Origin: Octopus vulgaris
Lineage: Eukaryota
Assembly: GCA_951406725.2 (NCBI GenBank)
Contig: OX597821.1
Span: 103,912,001-103,976,000, forward strand
Reading direction: 5' to 3'
Length of the DNA: 64,000 bases
Part shown: positions 15,445 through 29,539 of the stretch, in pieces
Numbering within the stretch: the stretch's first letter is position 1
Layout of the letters: the number at the start of each line of letters is the position of its first letter
The notes under the pieces: model-generated
The model's database searches: none
What the model saw: the letters and a program-made list of their open reading frames with translations, nothing else
Told to the model about the DNA's origin: nothing
Made by a program: the position numbers and the translations under genes

Positions 15445-15664
15445 GTCTTTCAAAATGTGATCTCTTGAGCACCACCAGCAAAAATATTTTTTTCCTCTGT
15501 CTTCCCTTCTCGGGATCTTTCCTTCTCCTTGTTTCCGACGAAGAGCTCCGCTCGAAACGTTTAACCCTCCTTCCCTTCTTTCCTGAGCGTCAAATAATAC
15601 TTTAATTGTTCCACGTCCTCGCGTTGCTGTGTTTTTTTTCTGTGTTTTCTTGTTTGGATTAACT
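15445..15664 (+). mobile_element. PLE-like pLTR remnant with minimal hammerhead variant (15531-15565)
   Basis: GTTT-CCGACGA-A-GAGC-TCC-GCTC-GAAAC-GT-T-TAAC; homologous to 56330-56510; TA flanks. Confidence 0.6.
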
Positions 15665-15743
15665 ATATATATCTGATTAGTTAGAAAGAGCAAATTAGTA
15701 GGCGCACATGTGTCTATTGAGGTGCGATTTCAGAATAACAGGG

Positions 15744-15813
15744 ATCTTACTGACGAGTCATCCTGAGTAAATAAATTATTTTTATTGCTGAAAAGACGAA
15801 ACTAGTATAAGAT
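15744..15813 (+). ncRNA. Canonical minimal type-I hammerhead ribozyme, GUA site (predicted cut after 15807)
   Basis: AUCUUA-CUGACGA-GUC-(35 nt)-GAC-GAAA-CUAG-UA-UAAGAU: 6-bp helix I, G-C closed helix II, palindromic helix III ACUAGU. Confidence 0.85.
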
Positions 15814-15828
15814 AACGAGTTAGTAAAT

Positions 15829-15903
<75 letters not shown>

Positions 15904-16066
15904 TATGTGTCATGGGAACCAGCACTCCGGCCCTAATAGGTCTATATGACTCACGAAGCATCTTTACCCTATAATATCTATTTTGACGGATGAGTTCTAG
16001 AATAGGTATAAGACAGCTGAGTGATTTAAGGACTTAATGTATGTCTTATGTATAATATATTTTATT

Positions 16067-16215
16067 GGCGCAGGTAAGTAGCTTCTTTAACAACCACATG
16101 GTTCCGGGTTCAGTCCCACTGCGTGGCACCTTGGGCAAGTGTCTTCTATTATAACCTCGGGCCCACAAAAGCCTTATGAGTGGATTTAGTAGACGGAAAC
16201 CGAAAGAAGCCTTCG

Positions 16216-16280
<65 letters not shown>

Positions 16281-17020
16281 GAGCAAAACGACTCCCCCGT
16301 CCAATGGACGGTGCTAAGTTGTCAAACATTTAAACCAAATTTTCTCAAAACAACTTGTCCGACCGTCCCATAGGCCTCCCCTTTGAGAAACACTGATTTC
16401 CCCTAAATTTGAGACACCAGCAAAAAATGAAATAACGATAGACCTTTTTTTATATTCAAAAGAGAAAGGATTTTATTCACACAAATATGCAACCGAAGAG
16501 TTTAAAGTACCAGTAATGATAAAACAGTTGACTGTGAGAATACATACATGGTTTAAACTGTAAGCTTGGTAGGAAAGAAACGTGCCTTTAAGCAGAACAA
16601 AAACAACAAAAAATATAAGGTGAAGTTATGTACAGGTTGACAGAAGAAAAGCCGGACAAAAACGGCTTTATCGATCGCATTCTCATCTGGAATCGATTTT
16701 TGTAATTTCTTCAAGACTTATACACGCCCTGATACCGTCGGTATCTACATATGAAATTTGAACGCAATCTGATGGAGGATGCCCGAGATCCGAGGAGACA
16801 CACACAGAGACAGACAGAACGGATTTTATATGAGATATGTATATGTTTGTATTTCTGTGTTTGTCTCCCCAACAACGATTGACAACCGATGCTGGTGTGT
16901 TTATGACCCCGTAAGCTAGAGGTCCGGAAAAAAGAGACCGACAGAATAAGTACTAGGTGTCGATTTGATCGACTAAAGGCGGTGCTCCAGCATAGCCGCA
17001 GTCAAATGACTGAAACAAAC
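16067..17020 (+). mobile_element. SINE family A with a Helitron inserted in its central (TA)n
   Basis: 5' half 16067-16215, 3' half 16840-17020. Confidence 0.85.
16280..16835 (-). mobile_element. Non-autonomous Helitron (second family)
   Basis: Minus 5' A|TC; subterminal hairpin CCGTCCATTGGACGG; terminal CTCG|T (mutated CTAG); ACAG repeats near the 5' end as in the other copies. Confidence 0.65.
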
Positions 17021-18039
17021 AAACAAAAAAAAAACAATGATTTTATGTTAATTTGAAAACAGCAGGCATAGCACACTCTTGGGTACACAAAATAAAACGA
17101 TGTGTAATTTAAGTACGGCATATAACTGAAAGATTAAGCAGGTGCAATTCTTTTGTGTACAAATATATCTCTCTGTCTGCTTGTATATCTGTCTGGTTCT
17201 CTCTTTCACGCAAGCATACAATGACAATCGGTGCGATAATTAAGTGGACTGTGAAAATAATTGTATTTATATAAAATAATTGCTGTTACTAATGGAAGTA
17301 ATGCCAGCTTTTAATTGAGTATAAGCTCTGGATGATAATGACTTGTCAGCAGAATTCCATACGGTTGTGTATTTTTATGTGTGTGCATGTGATTGAGTGT
17401 ATGTGGACGTCTGAGAGCATGTGTATATGTTTGCCTATGTTTATGTGTTTGTGTACGCACCACATTACCTAGATGAGGTAATTGGACGAAAATGGAATCA
17501 GTGCCGTGAACGTGATACGATTGCATATAATCCTACATTTGCAATAGCTAAACCAGCCAGATGGGCAAGTGTGGATCGAAGTTGATTATAGATGTACGTA
17601 CTTAAATCCAGCTTCTTGTTAAAGAACTTCAAGATTCTTCCAGTGTGCAAAATATACTCAATTAATCACGACCATTGCAAATGATGTATAGGAACAGAAG
17701 GAAAATACGTGACTAATTATTATTCTTCATTTGGGTAATGTATTGCTTGACTTTGAAATAACAACACGAACTAATTAATTGCGGACATCGTTGATTAACA
17801 ATGTGTCTGCTTATCCAGAGGTTTATGTTTCCACTGGACTCTATGTTACTCATTCATTCTTATATATATCCACTCCATAGACACGTAAGTAGATATATAT
17901 ATTCATAAATACACACACACACACATACACACGCACACATACACACACGAACGCACGCACAACCATATACGCATGCAATCACACACACATGCACAGATTT
18001 GAATGCATACATATGACAGTCAGAAAAGGAGATAGCTGT

Positions 18040-18370
<331 letters not shown>

Positions 18371-18682
18371 CAAACACACACACGCATGTGAGAAGAGTTA
18401 TTTACTTTTTTGCGTATCACATAACAACCGCGCTACATACACGCACTTATGAACACATGCACATACACACTCACACACACATATACATCTTTCTGTTTAT
18501 ATTACTACATATCTGTACAGCTCACACTTACACACGACTACCTATCTGTCTGTGTTTTATTTGTACCAATTATTCTCTTTCACATCTGACGTTTCGATGC
18601 ATATATAACCACACGCAAATACAATACATGTATAACTAGATGCGTACCTACAAATCATTCTCTACATATCTGTATACGCTTA

Positions 18683-18771
<89 letters not shown>

Positions 18772-19854
18772 GTGTGTGTGTTTATGTATGCATATGTATA
18801 TGTGTGTGAAAATATATGCATTTGAGATACATATTATTATAACCTATTGCTTATGTCCAACTAATTTACTTTGAGTTAGAGCCAGACACCAAACAACGAT
18901 CTGCTCGCAGATAGACATTATTCTTCATTGTCTACAGTGTTTTCCAGTGGCAGTTAGTAGCTAAATTTGATTAAATACAGGGGAATATTTCATACTTACC
19001 GCTATAAATCTCTAGACCATCCGTTAAGTAAAAAAAAAAAAAAATATATATATATTTAAGACATTTAAAAACAGGCGTCTCCAAGCTATTTGTCTATCAT
19101 TTGTTAGGCTAATGAACATATTTCATCTCTGTGCCACTGTTGCGTCGTGATCGTTGCCAACACATCACTCTTTGGAATGTTTCTGGCAGGCTGTTAATGT
19201 TTTCGATCAGAAAATATTAACCACATGCCAGGAGAAATAGTGGCAATATTACAGCTGATATGGCAATTAATTCGTGAGATTGCATTTTCGCATTCAATAC
19301 TTTGTGAGTGGGGGGAGGGGAATTGTAACAGCAATTATGTTTTATTGTTTACGTGTTTCGTTAATTGAATTAAGATCATGCCGGGGCAACGCCTTGAAGA
19401 ATTTAATCAGACAAATCAAAGCAAAACAGATTTTCAAGCAGTGTGAGGGGTACAAACACGAAGGTTTCCTCCAACACGCACGAACGCACACAAATACACA
19501 CAGCCATACATGCATGTATATTTACTTACATGTATATAAATACATATACGGTAACCTTCCAACGCAGCCCCAACACAACAGACACACACACACATTTATA
19601 TATATATATATAAACGTACACATATGTACATACATATGTATCCACATAGGTATGTCTATATGTGTACAGGACGTCACAAAACGTAAACAACATGAAATAC
19701 GAAAAGAAAATAACGTTGGATACACAAAGAACTAGTGAAACAGGAAGACATGACAAGTAACATAAAAAAACAACCCTTCATCAGTTGTCCTACTACTCTT
19801 GATTTCGAGCAAACATACATATGAATGTACGTATATATATGTATATATATTATA

Positions 19855-19900
<46 letters not shown>

Positions 19901-20062
19901 TATGTATATATATACATATAATATTACTTACATTATTTGTATTATATATATATGCGATAATATATATTATTTATATTATTTGAATGAAAGCCACGCATCC
20001 ATTTCCAAATAAGTTTATCTTAATGTATATATGCATATATATATATATTTGTATATATATTG

Positions 20063-20157
<95 letters not shown>

Positions 20158-21619
20158 AGTTATATAGATGCGACATGCGTGCTTATACCAAATTCACTTA
20201 GAAGACATTATTCAGCCCATGGCTATAGTAGAAGTTACTTGACCGATTCCAGTGATAGCCCGATATATAATGAGTTTGCAACCAAAGTATGGTCTTCACC
20301 TTTCATGCCGATCTAGTGATAATAGCAACATGATGTACACATGTATGGATTTACACTGGCTCGTCTAGCAAAGTGAGAAAAATTGTTCGTATAGTGAAAT
20401 TATTCGTATAGTGAAATTAGTCGAAACTTTCCTGCTACGTATTCTATATCTCCTAGCCATATTCTATCACAAAATATTTTACGTCTTTTATTAAAAGACG
20501 TAGTCAATTTTGTTTCCTGTAAGAGATATTCTACTACGAAACAATTTCTCTCTTTAGGGCCATGATCTTATTAATTTTGGAAAGTTTGGTCACTTAATTT
20601 AGAATCTAAACCACAGGGGATTCAACATATAGTAAGAAAAATATATTCTAATTTGTGAGAAGATATGATACTACGATGTGCTCAAATGATAGAATACAGT
20701 GCAATGGTTCAAGGAAATTTAGGGAAGATTATTTTCTTTCTCGTGTTTCGTCGTGTAGCTCGTTATTGAAATACACATAAGGACTTCTATAGATGTGAGA
20801 TGATCGTATTATGTTTCAAACAAGTGAAAAGAGACAAAACGAAGCAAAAATAGATGGAGTATGGTTACTAAAATTGTCGAAGGAATTACAATTCATCTTT
20901 TATGACTTATGGAGATATTTAATAAGCTTCACACAATATATTTGTAATTAGGCAAAATAAATTCCCTTTTGGGTAAAACGATGGGGCTTCGCGTTATTGA
21001 AATTATTAATGGAAGTCTAAATTACTTTAATCTTGAGAAATTGAAAATATCATTATCCTTTCTGACATTTATATTCTTTTATATTCTAAATACGTTCTCG
21101 TCCATTTCTTGCTAACACTACGCAACAAGCTTTTGTTTTCTGACCTATAGTAAGCGGTAAATATAATTTCACTAAGAATTTTATCATGTTTTATATAGGT
21201 CTTCACATCTAAGTGAATTATAGATTCATGTCATAAAACAAGTTGAGTTATTCCCCATAGCTACATGTGGAAATTAGTAATAGTGGTAGATAATTTTTAT
21301 TTATAACAATTTCTTTAATTGACAAGCAGATGAGGGGGTGCCTCGTGGAGATTGGGACCGATTGCGATTCTGCGGAATGGGTCACCCGAAAAGACACGGA
21401 AACATACCGACAAATAGTGAATGCAACAACGCGCTGCAACGGCGCAGGACCCTACATAAAACCTGACATGAAAAATGCAGACTTGAAAAATAACGTTTCA
21501 CCGATGAGGTTTAATATAATCGGAATATGATAAGGATTTCCATAATTTGTTGAAATTATCTCCTCTTTGCCTTGAATGTCACTAACAATTTCTGTTAAGA
21601 TTCTGTCGACTTTTTCAGA

Positions 21620-21860
21620 CAAAGAAAGAAATTTAAAACAGAACACTTTGCATATTATTTTTTCGTAAACCAGCACATATATAAATATTTTTTAAAGCTA
21701 GAAGTCAGTGAAGGTGTTTTATAATCATTTGTTAAAAAATCTATAACATTAAATAGAAAATGGTGCCAAGTGAGGAATAAAGATTGACCACCGTAATTAT
21801 TAAGAATAAGTGTTACATAAGGCTCATGGCATCTCAGAACATTGTCTGACATGACAGTAC
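21620..21860 (-). pseudogene. Possible R4/Dong-like LINE extreme 3' remnant
   Basis: NNYG and KIICKVFCFKF resemble DNYG and GTVKLCKTFLKF of the 29540-30390 remnant. Confidence 0.35.
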
Positions 21861-22209
21861 GATTGTGTTTAGTTTAAGTTCGGGTTGTAGTTGATTTTAA
21901 GCTAAAACACATTTAATGATTAGGACCAATAGTTAAAGTGGTGTGAGAAAGAACATTGTGGTTATGTTTAGTACAGAGTAAAGGCAAAAAATCCATTTAG
22001 TCACAAGCGTTTTGCTGATTTAGCGGAAGAATAGAAAATAGAAAAATATAGCCATTTCTAATTAATACAAATGCATTCTGTATGTGATATTCAATTGTTG
22101 AACAGACAATTGTAGAAAAGAAAAAAAATCAACGGAGAACTCCATGTCTGTTGTCCCAAAATGTATTTCGTTTTTGTAATTAATTTCTAGATGATAATAT
22201 TGTAGCCAG

Positions 22210-22358
22210 GATTGAGACTGCAAGCTGGCAGAACCGTTTTCAGGCCGAACAAAAATACTTAGCGACATTTCGTCCGTCTTTACGTTCCGAGTTTAAATTC
22301 CGCTGAGATCGATTTTACCTTTTATTCTTTCGGAGTCGCTATAATAAAGTACCGGTTG
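22210..22358 (+). mobile_element. SINE family C, degraded
   Basis: GCAAGCTGGCAGAACCG...AAATTCCGCTGAGATCGA...CTTTCGGAGTCG. Confidence 0.75.
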
Positions 22359-22395
22359 AACACACACACATCAGACCACACTCACACACACACTT

Positions 22396-22474
<79 letters not shown>

Positions 22475-22970
22475 ATACATATAAATATATGTATATATAT
22501 ATATATATGTGTGTATATATATGTGTGCATAAATACATAAATACATGCATGCATGCATATATACGTATGTATATGTATACATATATAATTATATATATAT
22601 ATATCGATATATATATATATATATATATACATATATATATGATACATAGTATATGTATGTATATATATGTATATTTGATACCATATTTCTGGCTATGCAA
22701 TCTACACGCTTTCAGTTTGTTTATTCTGACGTATATTATTGATGGGTGACACATGAATAATAGTTTGATCAATCAAGAAGCAATTGATACATAACTGATT
22801 ACTAATTGAATATGCAACAAATTGTACATTCTGTAAATGCAAATCGATATTTTTTTTAGATAATTCATAAGTATAGTAAAAATACGAATCGCCATTACAT
22901 ACATACATAGATATATGCCTGTATATGTCTACACATATACATACATATAATATATACATATCTATTATAT

Positions 22971-23012
<42 letters not shown>

Positions 23013-23072
23013 ATATAATATAACTATATGTATATATATATACATATATATAAATATATATATATATATATG

Positions 23073-23114
<42 letters not shown>

Positions 23115-23160
23115 TGTATGTATAATTTAATATAAATATATGTATATATATATATATATG

Positions 23161-23204
<44 letters not shown>

Positions 23205-23704
23205 AACACACACACACACACACACACATACATATATATATATATGTGTGTGTGTTTTGGAATGTCTTAAGCTTATGTATCAATGACAGGAAAATATTAA
23301 ATAGAAGCAGGCGATTGACATTTAAATGTAAAGTAGTGTCAGTTTGAATAGAAAATAGAAGAGATGAATTGGTAGATAATTACAACTTAAATTTGAAATT
23401 TTGCTCTCCATTTCGGGTGTAGCGATATCCAGTTTATAGATAATTGTCAAATAATTTTGAAATGATTTAGTTTGAAATATTGATTTCAAACTTTATTAAT
23501 GTTATTTACAGTCGCATCGTCTTCGTAGGTAGGTTTTGCACCTCATTTTTAGAAGAATTTTAGATATTGGGTAAGCTAATTATTATGACTTATCAATCTA
23601 CGTACCTACAAATACTGGTTGCTAATGAGGCGCTGTTCTGTTGAATGAAACGCAAACCCATACGTGTTCAGTCGCCCAACTTTTAACATGTTACTCTTTC
23701 CTTT

Positions 23705-23722
23705 CCTCCTCGTCGTCGTCAT

Positions 23723-23768
<46 letters not shown>

Positions 23769-23770
23769 CC

Positions 23771-23842
<72 letters not shown>

Positions 23843-23897
23843 TTCATCATCATCATCGTCATCGTCGTCGTCGTCATCATCCTCATAATCATCATCA
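23705..23897. repeat. (CAT)n microsatellite
   Basis: Direct reading. Confidence 0.95.
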
Positions 23898-24289
23898 CGT
23901 CCCTTTTTCTATGATGTTATAAACGATTTGTCAGGAATCGTCGTGCGAGGAGACTCCGCCGAATGTCAAATGTCTGGTCTGGGTTATTTTGTTTTCCCCT
24001 CAGCTGGATGCGTTTCCTATCGCCAACCCCCTTCCCAAGTGTACTGTGACTTTTCCCTCATTGGCATCAACGCAGATGAGATCACCAAGAACTCACAAGA
24101 CATGACCACTTACCTTGATTTAGTTCGGCGTAGTATTGAGGAATATGAAATTATGTTATGGGGACGGGCGGAGATATCACGCTTGAGAATTAAATATCTG
24201 AAGAGACACAGATAGAAATACATGCAGACACAAGGAGGGACAGACAGATAGCTCGATACATACATACTCACACACATATATATACATAA

Positions 24290-25028
24290 ATATGCAACTG
24301 AACCTTTTTAAAAGAATTTTTTTCTTTGTTCATTTCCTCGACTTCCGAACGTGTGTATCTTTTGATAACGTAGTTTGACTTTAGCGTCCTGTTCTAGCGT
24401 GTGGCTTTCCTTATAGTAACAGCCCTTAAAGTAATCATGTATTTAAAAAATATGTATACTGAGTATTAATATTTTACCTTAATAGAATTTACACGCTGGA
24501 TACTTGATAAAATCTTATATAGATTTTATCCTTATATTTAATTGATAAATACTAAACCGGAATATATTCAGTGCTGTATTCTTTTGGTTATACACACGTG
24601 GTTGAGATGAACAAGATTGAAGTACTTTCATGGATGTATAAGTGTGAACATTTGTATAGGCTCTGTTGATGCGTTGTGTTCGTATGGTATGTATAAGTGT
24701 TTGTATTTATATATTTACTGCTTATGTTTGCACTGACGAGTGAGAGCGTGTTACAGTGCAGACCATGAAGTCGTTTCGATATGCAACTGAACCTTTCTAA
24801 AAGAATTTTTTTCTGTATTAATTTCCTCGACTTCAGCGCGTGTGTATATTTTGATGAAGTATTTTGACTTTACCGTTCCTTTGAAGCATGTGGCTTTACT
24901 TACTGTAACAACCCTGAATGCAATAATGTATTTAAAATATATATATGCTTGGTATAAAGTTTTTACCTTAATTGATTTCACACGCTGTCTACTTGATAAC
25001 AACTTAGATTTTATCCATATATTTAATT
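24290..25028. repeat. Diverged direct repeat of about 250 bp (24290-24545 and 24780-25028)
   Basis: Both start ATATGCAACTGAACCTTT.TAAAAGAATTTTTT and end TAGATTTTATCC.TATATTTAATT. Confidence 0.85.
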
Positions 25029-25033
25029 TATAC

Positions 25034-25069
<36 letters not shown>

Positions 25070-25126
25070 AGAGGGGGGGAGAGAGAGAAATAGATAAATG
25101 GATAGACAAATATGTAGGTAGACACT

Positions 25127-25197
<71 letters not shown>

Positions 25198-26048
25198 GTA
25201 GGCAGATACATATGTAGGTATACAGACAGGGACATAGATAGATAGATAGATAGATAGATAAATAGGTAGCTAGATATGTAGATAGATGAATGATATAGAG
25301 AATAAGGTATAAGGTGAGTATAAGAGAAAGAACAGGGGTAGAGTAAGAGAAAAATGGTTAAGTAGCAAAGTGTGTAAAAATGAATATAGAGGAATTGATA
25401 ATAAGAGATGGGTATTGAGGTGGACTCAAGGAAAATCAGGTTTGGTGAGGGGAAGTTAAAGGAAGGCAATTGGAGGAGGCCTCTGAGCAAGAAGCAGGAA
25501 TAAAGGACAGTATTGGGGTATAAACCTGTAAAGAATGTGAACAATGCGAGACACAATATTTCAGCTACCTTAGAATATCGAACAGGCTCAGTTGATTCGT
25601 AGAATAACAAAAGTTTATGGTATATGTTTCACCACTTTGCGTTCTGAGTTCAAATTCAGGGATTTTCCAAATTACTGTTCATCATTCCTGAGTCGATAAA
25701 ATAAATCATTTTTTTTCTATCGGCATTGGTTGATCTCTGAGAAGCTATTGTCATTCAAATGCGAATTCTGATGAGGATGATGACTCTGTTAGAGGGGAAA
25801 ATTGTCGAGGAGACCAGCAGCAGCTTCTCCTAAGAAATATATGAAATTCGCAATTGAAGGTCTCGAGAGAAGCCAAAGTACACTTTGGAAGTTCAGATGA
25901 TAGTATGTCAGTCGTGGAAGGAGTGACAAGTGAGGCGGCATAGAACATACTAAGAGACGTCACTTGATGAACTTGCATAACAAAGACCCACGTGCGCAGC
26001 TGAGGATGTAATTTACAATTCATTACATAAATATCTACACAGACACAG

Positions 26049-26150
<102 letters not shown>

Positions 26151-26330
26151 GTTCCCTAATTGTTTTTCCGATGAATGACCACTATCCGAAACGTCAACCG
26201 TCTTTGCTTTAAGCGTCAAAATAACTTCATGTATTAAACTAACTGAAGATGTTAAAACTTATCCTATTTCCCCTTTGTCTTCTTCGTGCACTCAGTTGAT
26301 TCCACACACACATATACATACGTCCCCTAA

Positions 26331-27431
26331 TTGTTATTTCGATAAAGGACCAGTGTCTGAAATATCAAGCGTCTTTGTTTTACGCTTCAAAATAACAGCA
26401 TATATTACACTACCAGCACAAGCTTGTCTTATCTCCCGTTTGCTTTCTTTGTGCATTCAGATGATTCGACACACACATATACATACACACACTTAAACAC
26501 ACATATCTATGTTTATGTCTATGTGTGTGTTGTGCATGTGTGTACAGATACACACGCACTCATACACAAACACACAAACACGCAGGCATACACACACATT
26601 CAGAGAATGAGATCTGCGTATGTATATGCAGGCGTCTGCATGTTTCTCTGTCTTTTCCTGCTTGTGCTCATCTGTGAATGAAGAGACACTTCTATTCAAA
26701 GTAACGCATCGTGATATATCTCTTTTAGAATATTCAGATCTACGGCAATATTTATCATGATTAAACATAGTTTGAATGTGCCAAAATTACGCATTCCTAA
26801 ATCTCTCTCTCTCTCTCTCTCTCTCTCAATCAATCAATCAAACTGACTCTCTCTCTCTGTGTCTCTCTGTTTATACATATATATGCATACATGCACGCAC
26901 ACAAATACATCTGTACATGCATGCACTATTTCCTATATGAAAGAATGCAATAAACAAGAGTTGTTATTTCGATAAAGGACCAGTGTCTGAAATATCAAGC
27001 GTCTTTGTTTTACGCTTCAAAATAACAGCATATATTACACTACCAGCACAAGCTTGTCTTATCTCCCGTTTGCTTTCTTTGTGCATTCAGATGATTCGAC
27101 ACACACATATACATACACACACTTAAACACACATATCTATGTTTATGTCTATGTGTGTGTTGTGCATGTGTGTACAGATACACACGCACTCATACACAAA
27201 CACACAAACACGCAGGCATACACACACATTCAGAGAATGAGATCTGCGTATGTATATGCAGGCGTCTGCATGTTTCTCTGTCTTTTCCTGCTTGTGCTCA
27301 TCTGTGAATGAAGAGACACTTCTATTCAAAGTAACGCATCGTGATATATCTCTTTTAGAATATTCAGATCTACGGCAATATTTATCATGATTAAACATAG
27401 TTTGAATGTGCCAAAATTACGCATTCCTAAA

Positions 27432-27490
<59 letters not shown>

Positions 27491-27622
27491 CAATCAATCA
27501 AACTGACTCTCTCTCTCTCTGTGTCTCTCTGTTTATACATATATATGCATACATGCACGCACACAAATACATCTGTACATGCATGCACTATTTCCTATAT
27601 GAAAGAATGCAATAAACAAGAG
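26331..27622. repeat. Near-identical tandem duplication (26331-26960 and 26961-27622)
   Basis: Identical ORFs 630 bp apart in the track; visible differences are confined to the (CT)n tracts. Confidence 0.95.
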
Positions 27623-27984
27623 ACCATATGTCACTCCAATTAGTAGAACCTCCTTTAAAAGCACCCTTTATGTATGAAATTTAAGATGCATCACAGTTCG
27701 CAGTCTTGAATGTTTTATATCGAAATATATCATTTTGTTCTCTAAGTTGGAGTACCCATGTTCATAAGCTTCCTTAGTCAAGGCTAAAATACAGTTTAAA
27801 AATTTTTTTATTCGTTGGCTGCTCACTGGAAAAATTTAACCAAGTCCATTGTTTTGCAAGTAATCGGAATAGGATGTTAGTCTGTGAACGACTTCGTTTT
27901 CCTCAAAGCTCCGGAAGTGCGTTATGTGGGATATCATTACACATGTGACTGAAGCGGCCTAGCACTCCGCCAGTTACCACGGTA

Positions 27985-28300
27985 TTTATTGTTTGTTCCC
28001 TCTCAAGCTACACTTGGCTCATAAGGGCCGATTTCCCGGTTTCCTGGGCGTATAGGTTCCCCACCTGGACGGGACGCCGGTCCGTCGCAAGTGAGCTGCA
28101 AGATGCAGGAGGAAAGAGAGAGAGAGAGATATTTGTAGAGAAAGAGTCAGCAGAGGTTCGCAATTACCGTCTGTCAGAGCAGCGTGGTGCTTAGGTGTTT
28201 CGCTGATAAACACACACATCGCCCGGTGTGAGTGAGATTCGAACCCGCAGTCCCTCGACCCCGAGTCCGCTGCTCTAACCACTAGGCCGTGTGCCTCCAC
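27985..28300 (-). mobile_element. tRNA-derived SINE (family B-type head, different body) nested in an older SINE tail
   Basis: Minus: GGAGGCACACGGCCTAGTGGTTAGAGCAGCGGACTC...GGTTCGAATCTC. Confidence 0.82.
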
Positions 28301-28874
28301 TCAGTTACGACGACGAGTATTAAAAACAACTTGCCCGTTAAATTAACGTGCAAGTGGCTGAACACTCCTCAAACAGCGTCGCCTTAATATAGTTCTCAAA
28401 GAGATTCACTGGAGCTCAAGGAGACGACACTAAGAACGTACCCAGAGTACCATGCAGTTGGGGGGTGGGGATAAACCCGAAACCAAGTGGTTATAAAGCG
28501 AGCTTCTTAAACCACAAAGTCATTTCTGTGTCTATATAAATTTTATTTATTGAAAATTGAAAGCAACAAAATCTCGTTCTCAATTATTAAAAAAAATAAA
28601 ATCAAGTAAGTCTATAGACAATATATATAAAATAAGAACAGCGACGCTGGAGATGATTCTGTCGACTTTCCATATGCGGCGTTTATATTTGTTTTTAACG
28701 AATGAATATATTATTCACAACACTGACAAATTTGACTGAACTGACTGGCGGTCTTGAAAGCAGTCAGAGAAGACATTTTTTGTTTGATTGACACATCGTA
28801 AATAATAACTACAAGCAGAAAAGTAACGTACTTCTAGAACTTCTCATCTCTTCTTTCTTTGTTTTTGCTCTTGT

Positions 28875-28987
28875 CTTCTTCTTCTTCTTCTTCTTCTTCT
28901 TCTTCTTCTTCTTCTTCTTCTTCTTCTTCTTCTTCTTCTTCTTCTTCTTCTTCTTCTTCTTCTTCTTCTTCTTCTTCTTCTTCTTCT
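28875..28987. repeat. (CTT)n microsatellite
   Basis: Direct reading. Confidence 0.95.
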
Positions 28988-29539
28988 ACGACATCACTTA
29001 AACCCATTTACTTTAAAATGTAACGGTGGAGTCTGAGAAAACTACCGATCGTCTGCGTCGACCGATTGTAAATAGTAAGTCTTTTATCTTTCATCTTTCG
29101 TATCGTCTGCTTGTCTCAATCATTGAACTGCAGCCATGTTGGGGCGTCGACTCGAAAAACTGACTTCAGTAATTATTATTTTTTAATCTCTGTTACTTAT
29201 TTATGCGTCTTCTTTTTACGGGAACGTAAGCAAACAAACACCAATTGCCAAGCGATGTGTGTTTGTGTGAATGTGGGTCAGACACAACCACAAAGACATA
29301 CATTAAATTATTAAGAAAATGCATTATTTTCCTAGTTTTGTTTCCCTGTGTTACATTTTATTTGTCAATTTCATTCACATTGTATTTATGTATGCATGTA
29401 TGTACATGTATACGTGTGTGTGTACGTGTCTCTTCTGTGGTTAATCATCTAAATTCTTCTTCTGACGAAGGAGCTGGTTTCTAACAAAGATGCAAGACTC
29501 CATTATTAGAATGTAGATAAGGAAAACAATGCCACATTT

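Noticed and set aside
19770-19812. GAAA...CTGATGAAGGG (minus), possible permuted hammerhead; similar case at 1955-2010
   Set aside because: Could not build convincing helices I and III
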